Positions 37,635 to 47,753 of a stretch of DNA of 64,000 nt are shown piece after piece (position 1 is the stretch's first letter; each line of letters starts with the position of its first letter). Source of the stretch: a virus; IMG/VR virus record IMGVR_UViG_3300033984_000473, positions 91,393 through 155,392 of that record; one strand, given 5' to 3'. The notes under the pieces are model-generated. The model was given only the letters and a program-made list of their open reading frames with translations. It was not told the DNA's origin and searched no databases. Both the position numbers and the translations under genes were made by a program.

Positions 37635-38411
37635 TTATCCCCAACCTTTTTTTACTAATCTTTCAGAAGCTTCAATTACAGCTTCCTCATACCATTTATC
37701 ATAAGAAGATAAGATATATTTTGTGTGAAAATCACTTTCACCAGCAAAATTAGAAAGCATTTTTGTTTGACTCAAAGGCCCATGACCAATCCATGTTACA
37801 ACCCAATTCTTGCTACCTAGTGTGACAATAAGTTGTGAGAAGAAATCGTTTAATTTATCACCAATTACAGTATTTGAATACCATTCATTCAACCAATTGG
37901 TTGCAAATTTTTGTTGGTAATCGGTTTCGTAATCAATCCTTGATTGTAATGACTCAATCAAGGATTTACTACTATCGCCTTCTTTGTATAAACTAATCAA
38001 TTCATTCAAGGTTGGTATAATGTATTTTTCTTTATAGAAATCATTAAAGAAGTTGGTTATAAATTCTTCATGGTACAATTGTTTTCTGGCACTGGTAAAA
38101 TGATTAAGAGTTTCATTTAACATAATCATACTTCCATCAGAACCAGACGCTTTTTCCAAATAATCTGTAAGAACGTGTGTTAAGATTCTTTTCTTAGCGT
38201 TAAACCAACGTTGGAAGTATTCGATTGAATTAACAGTTCCATCAATATCTGGACTCACAAACTCACCAAATATTTTTCTGTATACCAATACAAAATCTCT
38301 TGGACTTATCTCTTTATAGCTATCTACTTCTGTAATAACAAAACTACTCTTTGAAGTTTTCACAGTATAGTTTTTTTCTAAAAACTCGGTAATTAATTTT
38401 TCATCTGTCAT
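37635..38411 (-). CDS. hypothetical protein (258 aa)
   Basis: ORF in gene train. Confidence 0.55.
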   Translation of the reverse strand: MTDEKLITEFLEKNYTVKTSKSSFVITEVDSYKEISPRDFVLVYRKIFGEFVSPDIDGTVNSIEYFQRWFNAKKRILTHVLTDYLEKASGSDGSMIMLNETLNHFTSARKQLYHEEFITNFFNDFYKEKYIIPTLNELISLYKEGDSSKSLIESLQSRIDYETDYQQKFATNWLNEWYSNTVIGDKLNDFFSQLIVTLGSKNWVVTWIGHGPLSQTKMLSNFAGESDFHTKYILSSYDKWYEEAVIEASERLVKKGWG

Positions 38412-38459
38412 TGGTTAAATCTTTTCACCAATATAACTCATACTAAAATAAAATAAAGA

Positions 38460-40379
38460 TTATAGATTGATTAATGATAAATTAATGTTCTTTTTCTCAA
38501 TATCTACACTAGATACAACCACATGAACCATATCACCAAGTCTTAATTTAGAACCAGTATTGTATCCTTTTACACAGTAATTAGCCATGTCAGCCGAATA
38601 AACATCACCACCAATATCAGACAATTTGATAAGTCCTTCACACTTGTTTTCCAGGATTTCAACAAACACACCATACTCAGTAACCGAACTAATGATACCT
38701 TCAAACACTTTACCAATGTTATCACTCATGTAAATACATTGCATGTACTTGATTGAATCTCTTTCAGCTTTTTGTGCTTTCTTTTCTCTCTCAGATAAGT
38801 GAAGACATCTAGTTTCAAGCTTCTCTAACTTAGGCATAGTTGTTTTGTTCTCATCCAAATACAAACCTAACAACCTATGAACGATTACATCTGGGTAACG
38901 TCTGATTGGACTTGTAAAGTGTGAGTAGTCTTTAAACCCAAGACCATAGTGACCAATGTTTTTGGTTGTATAGTTTGCTTTCTGCATAGTTCTAACTACC
39001 AGATTATCAATCATATCCGACTCAGCAGTACCTCTTGAATCAACTAGCAACTGGTTAAGTGTTTTTGTTGTTTCTTCTGGGCTAGTTGTTCTAATCTCAT
39101 AACCGAATTGTTTAATGAACTCTTTAAGACTATCTAACTTAGTTTCGTTAGGTTTGTCGTGAGCTCTGTTAACATTTGGCAGTGCTCTTTTGTTAATGTA
39201 TTGAGCAACGTGTCTGTTAGCCAATAACATATATTCCTCGATAAGCTTGTTAGCATCTTTGGCAACCTTGAAGATGATACCTGTTGGTTTGTTGTTCTCG
39301 TCTAACTTGAACTTAACTTCTTGTTTATCAAAAGATATAGAACCCTTAGACAAACGAACCTTACGCATTTTTTGTGCTACTCTATTCAAATGTAAAACAG
39401 CGTACTCCAATTTACTAACTACTTTATCAGTACCACCTTTTGTTTCAATTATTGTTTGAGCTTCTTCATAAGTAAGTCTACAATCAGAGTTGATTACAGT
39501 TCTACCAAACCATTCTTCTAACACATGTCCATTATGGTCCATTTTAAAGACAGCTGAGAAGCAAAGCTTATCTTCGTTAGGTCTTAACGAACATAGTCCG
39601 TTAGATAAGTTCTCTGGAAGCATAGGGACACATCTATCTACTAGGTAGACACTTGTTCCTCTAGCATACGCTTCTTTGTCTAATTCGGTATCTGGTCGTA
39701 AGTAATGTGATACATCGGCAATGTGAACACCCAAAAACAATTCACCGTTTACCCATTCAACACTCAAAGCATCATCAAAATCTTTTGCATCAGCTGGGTC
39801 GATGGTAAATGTAAGTACATCACGCATATCTCTACGCTTATCAATTTCAGCTTGTGTAATCTCCGTTGATATTGCTCTGGCTTCTGCCAACACATCTTCT
39901 TCAAAGTCGTATGGTAAACCATATTCTTCAAGGATGCTATGGATTTCAGTTTCATGTTCACCAGAATTACCTAGAATTCTAATTACTTCACCATTAGGGT
40001 TCTTTGCGTTGTCTTTCCATTCAGTTAACTTAACAATAACCTTTTGACCTTCAGTCGCATTCATTGTTTTATTTAAAGGAACAAAGAAATCAATTGGAAG
40101 CTTGCTGCTATCTGGTACAAAGAAAGCAAACTTTTCACTCAATTGGAGTACACCAACGAATTCGGTTCTGAATCTCTCTACGATTTCAACAACTTCACCT
40201 TCTAAAGCTCTACCATTTCCAGTAATAACTTTTATTTTTACAGTATCTAAGTGTAACGCTTTGTTGGTGTTACTTTTGCTTAGATAAATGTCTTTTGGTA
40301 AATCTTGACTTACCAAGTAAGCGGAGCCGCTAGCATTCATGCTAACTTTTCCTTCTAATATATCATCTATTTTAATCAT
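38460..40379 (-). CDS. rnr: RNase R / RNase II family 3'-5' exoribonuclease
   Basis: RNB-domain signatures GTSVYLVDRCVPMLPE, LCSLRPNEDKLCFS, HYGLGFKDYSHFTSPIRRYPDVIVHR; C-terminal S1-like domain. Confidence 0.85.
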   Translation of the reverse strand: MIKIDDILEGKVSMNASGSAYLVSQDLPKDIYLSKSNTNKALHLDTVKIKVITGNGRALEGEVVEIVERFRTEFVGVLQLSEKFAFFVPDSSKLPIDFFVPLNKTMNATEGQKVIVKLTEWKDNAKNPNGEVIRILGNSGEHETEIHSILEEYGLPYDFEEDVLAEARAISTEITQAEIDKRRDMRDVLTFTIDPADAKDFDDALSVEWVNGELFLGVHIADVSHYLRPDTELDKEAYARGTSVYLVDRCVPMLPENLSNGLCSLRPNEDKLCFSAVFKMDHNGHVLEEWFGRTVINSDCRLTYEEAQTIIETKGGTDKVVSKLEYAVLHLNRVAQKMRKVRLSKGSISFDKQEVKFKLDENNKPTGIIFKVAKDANKLIEEYMLLANRHVAQYINKRALPNVNRAHDKPNETKLDSLKEFIKQFGYEIRTTSPEETTKTLNQLLVDSRGTAESDMIDNLVVRTMQKANYTTKNIGHYGLGFKDYSHFTSPIRRYPDVIVHRLLGLYLDENKTTMPKLEKLETRCLHLSEREKKAQKAERDSIKYMQCIYMSDNIGKVFEGIISSVTEYGVFVEILENKCEGLIKLSDIGGDVYSADMANYCVKGYNTGSKLRLGDMVHVVVSSVDIEKKNINLSLINL

Positions 40380-40386
40380 TCAATTT

Positions 40387-40908
40387 TTAGTATTTTATGA
40401 ACTGTTCAATCAGTTCATTATATTTTTTTTCATCATTTTGTATCTTACCATAATACAACTTTGTCATCGGTTCGTATTCTTTTTGTTTCACTTTCAGATT
40501 TAATTGTTGTGTTTGCCACCATGGATAAATATCTCGATTAAAGTGATAAAACATCATACACGCATATCTATCTGCAATTATTTCTTCCTCGAAAATGTGT
40601 TCAGTAAACTCTGTAAAGTCTTCAAAAGACAATTTTCGTAATATCTCACTTCTACCAAACTTAGTAATCCTTTTAAAATGAGCAACTTCGTGAACTATTA
40701 TAAAGAAAACCAGCTTATCACTATATTTGTCAATCAATTCAATATTCAAATATATACAATCCAGAGTGGCAATACCCAAAGGACCATTTAAACATCTGTC
40801 TTTAAAAGTTATACCACTATTTTCAATAAAGGTTACTAAATCGTTAAAATTTAATTTCCCATGCCTTGCTTTCAACGCTGTTATTATTGTTTCATCTATC
40901 ATACACAA
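40387..40908 (-). CDS. putative zinc metallopeptidase-like protein (HExxH)
   Basis: IIVHEVAHFKR motif. Confidence 0.45.
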   Translation of the reverse strand: MCMIDETIITALKARHGKLNFNDLVTFIENSGITFKDRCLNGPLGIATLDCIYLNIELIDKYSDKLVFFIIVHEVAHFKRITKFGRSEILRKLSFEDFTEFTEHIFEEEIIADRYACMMFYHFNRDIYPWWQTQQLNLKVKQKEYEPMTKLYYGKIQNDEKKYNELIEQFIKY

Positions 40909-40970
40909 AGATACTACAATTATTTGTTTATTGCAATAAAAAAACCCACTAAATTTAGCGGGCCTCTATC

Positions 40971-41486
40971 TTAATGCCTATCAGCTGGCACTACATTTAT
41001 CTTGAAAGTTTTAATTCTTCCGCTTGAAATTAGCTTATCACCAAATGCTTTGAATATTGGAATATGTTCCAATCTATCATCCCATAGTTCAATCTCAGTA
41101 ACCTGTGGGTACTTATGTAGTAAAGATTCAATTGTTTTCATCTTAGCCACTTCTGTTGCACCACCTCTGTTGAAATGGTATTCATCAAACTCTAGGTTTT
41201 TGCTATCTAAGATTTCTTTAACTAGGTCAGTAAGTAGAACCATACGACCAGTAAGCATAACCATAACAGTTGATTGGTCTTGTTTTTCTACATTGTAAGC
41301 ATCAATGACCATTGGTACACTTGGCATGTCAAATATTTTCATATCTAAGCTTAGTGGTCTACCCCACCATCCTGGAAAAGGCCAATCTCTACCTGTCTGT
41401 TCTTTGTAATGTTTCTTACCAAATTCTGGTAATGGTGTATCAACCAGTGTTCCGTCAAAATCGAATATCGATAATTTTGTTTTCAT
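40971..41486 (-). CDS. HAD-superfamily hydrolase
   Basis: Motif I SIFDFDGTLVD. Confidence 0.6.
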   Translation of the reverse strand: MKTKLSIFDFDGTLVDTPLPEFGKKHYKEQTGRDWPFPGWWGRPLSLDMKIFDMPSVPMVIDAYNVEKQDQSTVMVMLTGRMVLLTDLVKEILDSKNLEFDEYHFNRGGATEVAKMKTIESLLHKYPQVTEIELWDDRLEHIPIFKAFGDKLISSGRIKTFKINVVPADRH

Positions 41487-41491
41487 AGTTT

Positions 41492-41872
41492 TTAATTTAT
41501 GACCAACAATCCGATTGTGATTACTATAAAAATCATTCCTAGTATGAATGACCCTTTATTTATTTTCACATAATCCTGTTGGTCTGTGGTTCCATTGGCC
41601 AATAGTGACCCGTGTATTCTTTTTGTTGCTGAACCAATCAGTACTGCTGTTATCGGTCCATGTGCGTTAATAGTTTGTTTTAAAGCACCGTTTATTCTTT
41701 TCGTTTCATATATCTTTTCCTTTCTCAATTTCTCGATTGAATCCAAGTTATTTTTCTCATAGTCATCTACTAACGTAAGAATGGTTTCTAGATTTGGTTT
41801 GGTTTTATCTAATTCAATTTGAATCTTGCTACCTAATTTTCCTCGTCTAGTTTTTAATATGTTAAATTTCAT
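41492..41872 (-). CDS. hypothetical protein with C-terminal TM helix (126 aa)
   Basis: ORF in gene train. Confidence 0.45.
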   Translation of the reverse strand: MKFNILKTRRGKLGSKIQIELDKTKPNLETILTLVDDYEKNNLDSIEKLRKEKIYETKRINGALKQTINAHGPITAVLIGSATKRIHGSLLANGTTDQQDYVKINKGSFILGMIFIVITIGLLVIN

Positions 41873-41895
41873 TTTTCATTTCGTTTACAAAGGTA

Positions 41896-42375
41896 TTAAT
41901 TATTTTTGAATAATCCTAATATTCTATAATAAATATTCTCTATAACTTCAATAATTTTATTTTTTATCTTTTCATACATAGTTTCTTGTTTGTATTGAAA
42001 ATCCATATAAAACAATTGACCAACTGGTGCTGACATAGGCTGAACTGGTACCAAATCCATGGCTATGGTTTGTGCGAACACTCTTCGAACCATTGGAAAC
42101 GCTACGTTTTCAAATAAATTTTCAAGGGTTTGCCAGAAGAATTCTAAATCAATATCTGGTTTTATTTTGGTAGACCAAAGATGTATATAAAGCTTAGCTT
42201 CTTCTTCTTCAATGTTAAATACAGTGATTAACTCATTGGTTAGCTTGGTGCCGCAATGTGGTGTTTTAAATTTCCTATCATCGGAAAATGAGTATATTCC
42301 ATCGTTACCAACTTCGCTAGTATCAACGTAATAATTTTTTGACAAATAATCGTATATGAGTTTTTCCATATACAA
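41896..42375 (-). CDS. hypothetical protein (159 aa)
   Basis: ORF in gene train. Confidence 0.5.
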   Translation of the reverse strand: MYMEKLIYDYLSKNYYVDTSEVGNDGIYSFSDDRKFKTPHCGTKLTNELITVFNIEEEEAKLYIHLWSTKIKPDIDLEFFWQTLENLFENVAFPMVRRVFAQTIAMDLVPVQPMSAPVGQLFYMDFQYKQETMYEKIKNKIIEVIENIYYRILGLFKNN

Positions 42376-42405
42376 TTATAGTCATAATAAAAATAAGTGT
42401 CAAGG

Positions 42406-42900
42406 TTATTTAACAACTTTCGGCTTGATTACCGCAAACATTTTTTTACCTTCTAACTTAGGCATAGCTTCTGCTGACCCAAATTCTTCAACAGCAACAA
42501 TCATTTTAAGTATTTGTTGTTGACCAATATCAATATGTTGCATTTGACGACCTCTAAACTGAAGGCTAATCTTAACCCTGTGACCTTTTTTAAGGAACTC
42601 AACCATGTGTTTGATTCGGTATTCCAAATCATTATCGGTTGTGTTTGGTCCAAGCTTGATTTCTTTTACATCTAATCCTTTGTTCTTAGGCTTTTTGCTT
42701 AATTCGTATATGAACTTTTCATAGTTCATTATCTTACAAATTACTGGAACTGTCTTATCGTTGATAAGAACCAAATCCATGTTTCTAGACTCAGCGATTT
42801 GTAAGGCTGCTGATAACGCCATAACACCACCTTCTTCAGCGACACGCACTTCTTTTGCGATGATTTCTGAATTAAGCTTATGCTGTTTCTTTTTGTTCAT
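42406..42900 (-). CDS. infC: translation initiation factor IF-3
   Basis: N-domain IAKEVRVAEEGGVMALSAALQIAESRNMDLVLI; C-domain KEIKLGPNTTDNDLEYRIKHMVEFLKKGHRVKISLQFRGRQMQHIDIGQQQL. Confidence 0.8.
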   Translation of the reverse strand: MNKKKQHKLNSEIIAKEVRVAEEGGVMALSAALQIAESRNMDLVLINDKTVPVICKIMNYEKFIYELSKKPKNKGLDVKEIKLGPNTTDNDLEYRIKHMVEFLKKGHRVKISLQFRGRQMQHIDIGQQQILKMIVAVEEFGSAEAMPKLEGKKMFAVIKPKVVK

Positions 42901-43429
42901 TTACTATTTTTTTAATCAATTCTAATTCTAATTGTTTTATGAAATTTTCATCGGTAATTCTACTTAAGTTGTTTGACCAACCTATTTTATGTTTAAGGTT
43001 TTCATTATAGGTAACTGGTTGAAACCATACAACATGCTTGCCTTGAAATTCGCCTGGGTTATCTCGTTCTGATTCATTTGGATTGTATAATTTGTATTTA
43101 TAATATCTTATAGAATCTAACATTACATGGTCAAGTGCATCAATGATATAGATGGGCCCTACTGAAACATCAACATAAGCATATCTAGCCATCAAAAAAG
43201 ATTGTGTACCATCCAGACTTAAACTTAACTTACCATTAAACACATTCTCAATGCTATAAAAAACTACATCGATTTCAGAATCTGGGTTATTGGCTTTGAT
43301 TTTTCTTACATGAGTTTCAATATTAGTATCCAAGTCAGCAAAGTTTTTAAGACCTCTTGAATTAACGTACTTAAGTTCATCATTTTGAAAAAAAATTGGA
43401 AACGTACTATTGTGAATCTTTGTTAACAT
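42878..43429 (-). CDS. hypothetical protein (183 aa)
   Basis: ORF in gene train. Confidence 0.5.
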   Translation of the reverse strand: MLTKIHNSTFPIFFQNDELKYVNSRGLKNFADLDTNIETHVRKIKANNPDSEIDVVFYSIENVFNGKLSLSLDGTQSFLMARYAYVDVSVGPIYIIDALDHVMLDSIRYYKYKLYNPNESERDNPGEFQGKHVVWFQPVTYNENLKHKIGWSNNLSRITDENFIKQLELELIKKIVNEQKETA

Positions 43430-43890
43430 AAATCTTCTAAGATAAATTGAATCAATTCTTCTATAGATTCAACCATTGGTATGTCATATGTATTACAAAC
43501 AATATCAACATTACCTTTTCGCCAGAAACCTTCTGGACACATAACAACTAACTTACCACTTTTTGAATGCAATCCTAATTCCAATAAAGAAATTGGTGAC
43601 ATAGTGTTAGGGTCAAATACCATGACGATGATGTCGGCACGTTCCATAGAATCTAATTCCCATTCTACTTGTGTTCTAAACTGCTCATCGTTAATGTTTT
43701 GTATCAATGATGAATCCCAATCATCTCTACGAGGATTTAAGAATAAGATTGGTTTATCGGCCAATGCTTCGATAAGTGTTTTTTGCCAATTTATGGCTTT
43801 ACCCATTTCAATTGAACCACCTAAGAAGACTTTTAAATCGTGGGTTAGGGGTATTGAGTTAGGTGCTTGTATTTCTATTGCTTTTCCCAT
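43423..43890 (-). CDS. nucleoside 2-deoxyribosyltransferase-like (NDT-fold) protein
   Basis: KVFLGGSI near N-terminus; ADIIVMVFD...SPISLLELGLHSKSGK resembling the NDT catalytic region. Confidence 0.55.
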   Translation of the reverse strand: MGKAIEIQAPNSIPLTHDLKVFLGGSIEMGKAINWQKTLIEALADKPILFLNPRRDDWDSSLIQNINDEQFRTQVEWELDSMERADIIVMVFDPNTMSPISLLELGLHSKSGKLVVMCPEGFWRKGNVDIVCNTYDIPMVESIEELIQFILEDLC

Positions 43891-44153
43891 TTTGCTTGCT
43901 CTTTTAATAATTCTTCTAATTCTTTTTCAGCATCAATGTGATGATAACAGTGAAGCTCATCCATCTCTACTTTATATGTAACTGGTGTATCTAGGTAAGC
44001 TCTAAATGAGATACCTCTTTTGTAAAAAACCCAAACTAGTATTGTTTTAATTTTACCAATAAAACCCACATAGAACATATTTCTAACGGTCATCTTAATG
44101 ATTTTACCACCAGTAATTGTTCTACACTCTAATTTTAAATCTAATTCTTCCAT
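43875..44153 (-). CDS. hypothetical protein (92 aa)
   Basis: ORF in gene train. Confidence 0.45.
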   Translation of the reverse strand: MEELDLKLECRTITGGKIIKMTVRNMFYVGFIGKIKTILVWVFYKRGISFRAYLDTPVTYKVEMDELHCYHHIDAEKELEELLKEQAKWEKQ

Positions 44154-44160
44154 AAAACTT

Positions 44161-44361
44161 TTAATTTAAACCAATGTCCAAATTAGCAAGACCTTCATTG
44201 TCTTCATCTATATTCTTGTTAGGTTCAGCGTTGGTTATTGAAATATATTCAATAATTCCTTCTAGCTCATCCAACACGCTAACATCAATTGCTCCTGTAG
44301 CGTCTTCATATTCAATCTCAACAATGTATTCTCCTAAATCGATTCTTCTTGTAATTAACAT
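44161..44361 (-). CDS. small acidic protein (66 aa)
   Basis: Short ORF. Confidence 0.4.
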   Translation of the reverse strand: MLITRRIDLGEYIVEIEYEDATGAIDVSVLDELEGIIEYISITNAEPNKNIDEDNEGLANLDIGLN

Positions 44362-44366
44362 TTTTT

Positions 44367-44606
44367 TTAATAGTTCATAGTATTCGGGGTTATGTTACCA
44401 GCAATGATGTCTGGAAGTACCTTTTCTTGGTAATCGTTCAGTAAAACTTCTCGATTAACAGTCCAATCCAAAGGTGGAAGCGTATAATCTTCAAAGTATG
44501 TATAACGAATTATCCCACGAAGTGTTGGTCCAACTTCCTTTACGGAACCATCAGCCATCAAAGCTTCAAACTTACCTTCACCCACATGTTTTATTTCGCT
44601 ATACAT
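44367..44606 (-). CDS. hypothetical protein (79 aa)
   Basis: Short ORF. Confidence 0.45.
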   Translation of the reverse strand: MYSEIKHVGEGKFEALMADGSVKEVGPTLRGIIRYTYFEDYTLPPLDWTVNREVLLNDYQEKVLPDIIAGNITPNTMNY

Positions 44607-44627
44607 ACTCTATTAGATTATTATTTA

Positions 44628-45884
44628 TTATCCACCACTTACTTCATCATTAATATCATCCCATGGAAATGGTTCTGATTCCATTACACTCCCTACTGAT
44701 ATTGGTCTTGAAACTGATTTTTCTTTCGTTTCAAAGATATTTTCACTACCATCTTCATCATCTTCATCAACAGCTTTCATGATGTTTTTAGCAAACTTAG
44801 AAATGCTTTTGCTAGGTTTATCAATCATTGAACTACCGTACCCATCATAAGCGTATGAATAGTTAACAACATCAGCATCAGAAACCTTTAAGATAATTGG
44901 TTTATCGAAACCTAATTTCTTACCCTTCTCACCATCAAATGGTGAAACTTCAACTGTAGTCCAGTCGATTACTCTAGTAATCATACCAATTGATTGACCA
45001 TCAATTTCAAATCTATAGTTCACATTGTTATCACCATAGGTTGGTCTAGGATAAACCTTAACGCTGTTAGCCAATTGAGCCATTGTTCCATCTTCTTCTT
45101 TGATAGAAATATTGTACGACCCTTTCAATTTTTTAACATTGAAAATGCTTTCAAATGCTGATGGTCCTTCTTCGTGGATGTTTACTTCATTGATAACTGC
45201 TTTCACAATATCAACAGTAATTGTTTCCAAGTTAGAGATGAATTGAACGCATTCTTGTTTGAATTGTTTGTGCACCAATACATCGTCAACGATTTCCTCA
45301 ACAATTTCTGGTTTAAGGTCTTCAAATTTCTTAAGATAACGAATTCTTCCAGGTCTTTGGATAAGATTTCTATCAACATACAACTCATTTGTAGTTAATA
45401 AAAATACTCGTCTGTGGTCTGAATTCATCGCACCATCCATGATTGTTAGCATTGACGCTGACTCACCGAATACCTTCTCATACTCATCAATAAATATCGT
45501 AATATTTTGAGAAATACCATTTAAAAACACATGAATTCCCTTGATTGCGACATCCACTAGGATAATTGGTTGGTTTAATCTACTGGCGATAATTTTCGAA
45601 CTAACAGTTTTACCAGTTCCTTTCAACCCATTCAATAGAATACCTAAGTTTCCATTGGTTGTGGCGTTGTAAGTTTTTACAACTCTGTTAACCAATTCAG
45701 TTTCTAAACCATAAATCTTATAGTCAAAAACAAACCCATCACTACTCTTTGTTAAGAAGAAACGACCATACTCATCTATACCTACGTTATAGATTGCATT
45801 CTCTAAATTGTCAAACTCCCTAGATGGATATGCTGGGTATAATCTGTTGCTATCCTCATTCCACACTTTTTTCACTTCTGCCAT
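44628..45884 (-). CDS. AAA+ ATPase
   Basis: Walker A GLKGTGKT; Walker B IFIDEYE. Confidence 0.7.
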   Translation of the reverse strand: MAEVKKVWNEDSNRLYPAYPSREFDNLENAIYNVGIDEYGRFFLTKSSDGFVFDYKIYGLETELVNRVVKTYNATTNGNLGILLNGLKGTGKTVSSKIIASRLNQPIILVDVAIKGIHVFLNGISQNITIFIDEYEKVFGESASMLTIMDGAMNSDHRRVFLLTTNELYVDRNLIQRPGRIRYLKKFEDLKPEIVEEIVDDVLVHKQFKQECVQFISNLETITVDIVKAVINEVNIHEEGPSAFESIFNVKKLKGSYNISIKEEDGTMAQLANSVKVYPRPTYGDNNVNYRFEIDGQSIGMITRVIDWTTVEVSPFDGEKGKKLGFDKPIILKVSDADVVNYSYAYDGYGSSMIDKPSKSISKFAKNIMKAVDEDDEDGSENIFETKEKSVSRPISVGSVMESEPFPWDDINDEVSGG

Positions 45885-46135
45885 TATTTGTTGTTTAATT
45901 TGTTTATAAATTCTAATTTTTCTTTCCTAGAAAGTTGTTTGATTCTGTATTCTTCTTTGCATGCGTTGCTTCTATCTACAGCTTCAAATGAGGCTCTTAG
46001 AGCAACTGGTAATCTAGTCTTGGTATATTTTGCACCTTTACCTTTATTGTGTGTTAAAATGCGTTTCTGTATGTCTGTTGTTATCCCAGTGTACAATGTA
46101 CCATCGGCACACTCTAAGATATAAACATACCACAT
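45884..46135 (-). CDS. GIY-YIG domain protein (UPF0213-like)
   Basis: MWYVYILECADGTLYTGITTDIQKRILTHN... Confidence 0.7.
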   Translation of the reverse strand: MWYVYILECADGTLYTGITTDIQKRILTHNKGKGAKYTKTRLPVALRASFEAVDRSNACKEEYRIKQLSRKEKLEFINKLNNK

Positions 46136-46356
46136 TATAAATCAAAGGTAACGCTACCTGTGTTGTTGTTTGTCAATAAATTGTTAGGTGTTAACCCATG
46201 TTCAGCTAAGCAACTAGTAACTATTTGTTTCATAATCTGAGAATTCCCAGTAATTATCTTTCCTTGAGGGGTATTGTTTTGAATGCACTCCCATATAAAC
46301 ATGTCAATCTTTCGTATTACATCTTCATGTTTAGTCCCATGTAAATCTATTTGCAT
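46135..46356 (-). CDS. hypothetical protein (73 aa)
   Basis: Short ORF. Confidence 0.4.
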   Translation of the reverse strand: MQIDLHGTKHEDVIRKIDMFIWECIQNNTPQGKIITGNSQIMKQIVTSCLAEHGLTPNNLLTNNNTGSVTFDL

Positions 46357-46358
46357 GA

Positions 46359-46811
46359 TTACCCAATTATTTCTAAAATTTTATCGATACATGCTGCTTG
46401 TGTGTTGTGCAAAAGAGGTCTAGCTTCTTCTAGTGTTACCCATTTGTAACCATCCATTTCTGGAAAATTACCACGGGCATCTTCCACATCAGAATTACAC
46501 TTCAACTCAACAGCATCCCATTCAATCTTTGAATCAAAGTTTTCTAAACACACAAACGGATATAGTATCTTTCTTTTATGTGTATAGTTTACCGATTGCA
46601 AAGGGTAAACAGTAAACTTATTACTATCTTTTAAATTTAGATTGGTTTCTTCATAGGTTTCCCTAAAAGCACCTTCTAAAAAAGTCTCATTTTCTTCTAC
46701 CTTACCCTTTGGAATGCTGTAAAAATCTTCGGCATGATTTGTTGGATGACAAATCAACAGTTTTTTATCTTTTCTTATGATAAATAAACCAGCTGCTATT
46801 ACCTTTGCCAT
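46359..46811 (-). CDS. Nudix hydrolase
   Basis: Nudix box GKVEENETFLEGAFRETYEETNL. Confidence 0.75.
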   Translation of the reverse strand: MAKVIAAGLFIIRKDKKLLICHPTNHAEDFYSIPKGKVEENETFLEGAFRETYEETNLNLKDSNKFTVYPLQSVNYTHKRKILYPFVCLENFDSKIEWDAVELKCNSDVEDARGNFPEMDGYKWVTLEEARPLLHNTQAACIDKILEIIG

Positions 46812-47149
46812 TATAATAATGTTGCACCAACACTGTAATTGGTTAATTGCGTAGAACCGTTAGCATCAGCAACCATAATCATTGCTTCGCTAGTTATACC
46901 CATCATTTTAGATGGTTTAAGATTCATAACAAAAGGAAAGTTAAGTCCAACAAACGCATCTGGTTCAAAAATTGACCCTAAATTGGTTACGACTGTGTAT
47001 TCATCTTGTTCATTGATTCCAAATATAACGTTTAACTTCAAAAGCTTATCACTTTTTTCTACACGCTCAGCAGCAACTACATGACCGATACGTATTTCTA
47101 GTTTTGATTCTATCTCTAAAAATTCAGAGAATTCAATTTGTGGTTTCAT
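46811..47149 (-). CDS. hypothetical protein (112 aa)
   Basis: ORF in gene train. Confidence 0.5.
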   Translation of the reverse strand: MKPQIEFSEFLEIESKLEIRIGHVVAAERVEKSDKLLKLNVIFGINEQDEYTVVTNLGSIFEPDAFVGLNFPFVMNLKPSKMMGITSEAMIMVADANGSTQLTNYSVGATLL

Positions 47150-47315
47150 TGATATAATATTGTTCTGTTAATATTCTAATTTGTTCCTCGTTTTTTTTGA
47201 TTGCACTATATATCCATGGTGAATCATTTGTTTCTCTCAATTCAGTTAGTACTTCATTTGAGTTTACCAAAGCTGCTTTTAACGCTTTAAGTGTAGTAAT
47301 CGATAATTTGTACAT
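47133..47315 (-). CDS. small hypothetical protein (60 aa)
   Basis: Short ORF. Confidence 0.35.
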   Translation of the reverse strand: MYKLSITTLKALKAALVNSNEVLTELRETNDSPWIYSAIKKNEEQIRILTEQYYINETTN

Positions 47316-47326
47316 TCTTTTTATTT

Positions 47327-47752
47327 TTAAATTAAACCTCTACTTTCTAACCATTCCTCTACCTTACCCCAGTCAACAAAAGGTCTCCTTGAGATACTTA
47401 AATCATATTTCAAAGGACAACCCAAAGCACTATCATCAATCATCAACGGAGCGTAGCTTTTAGGGCTTTCAGTCCATGTGTGTTGAGTCGGATTCGTTTG
47501 AATACCATAAACTGGTATGTCATTGTCTGCGAACCATTTAACCACATCATTCAAACCATTATGGTCAACCGTACCATCATACTTTGTAAATGGTCGGTTG
47601 CTTCTCATGGTGAAGATAATCAGTCTATGACCTTTATCTGTCAGTCTTTTCAATACTGGCACAGAACCTATATCTGACCCCACATCTGGGAAGCTATGTG
47701 AAACACATGTCCCATCAAAATCAATATTAATCTCAATCGTATTATCTTCCAT
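47327..47752 (-). CDS. HAD-like phosphatase
   Basis: Motif I NIDFDGTCVS. Confidence 0.5.
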   Translation of the reverse strand: MEDNTIEINIDFDGTCVSHSFPDVGSDIGSVPVLKRLTDKGHRLIIFTMRSNRPFTKYDGTVDHNGLNDVVKWFADNDIPVYGIQTNPTQHTWTESPKSYAPLMIDDSALGCPLKYDLSISRRPFVDWGKVEEWLESRGLI

Positions 47753-47753
47753 C

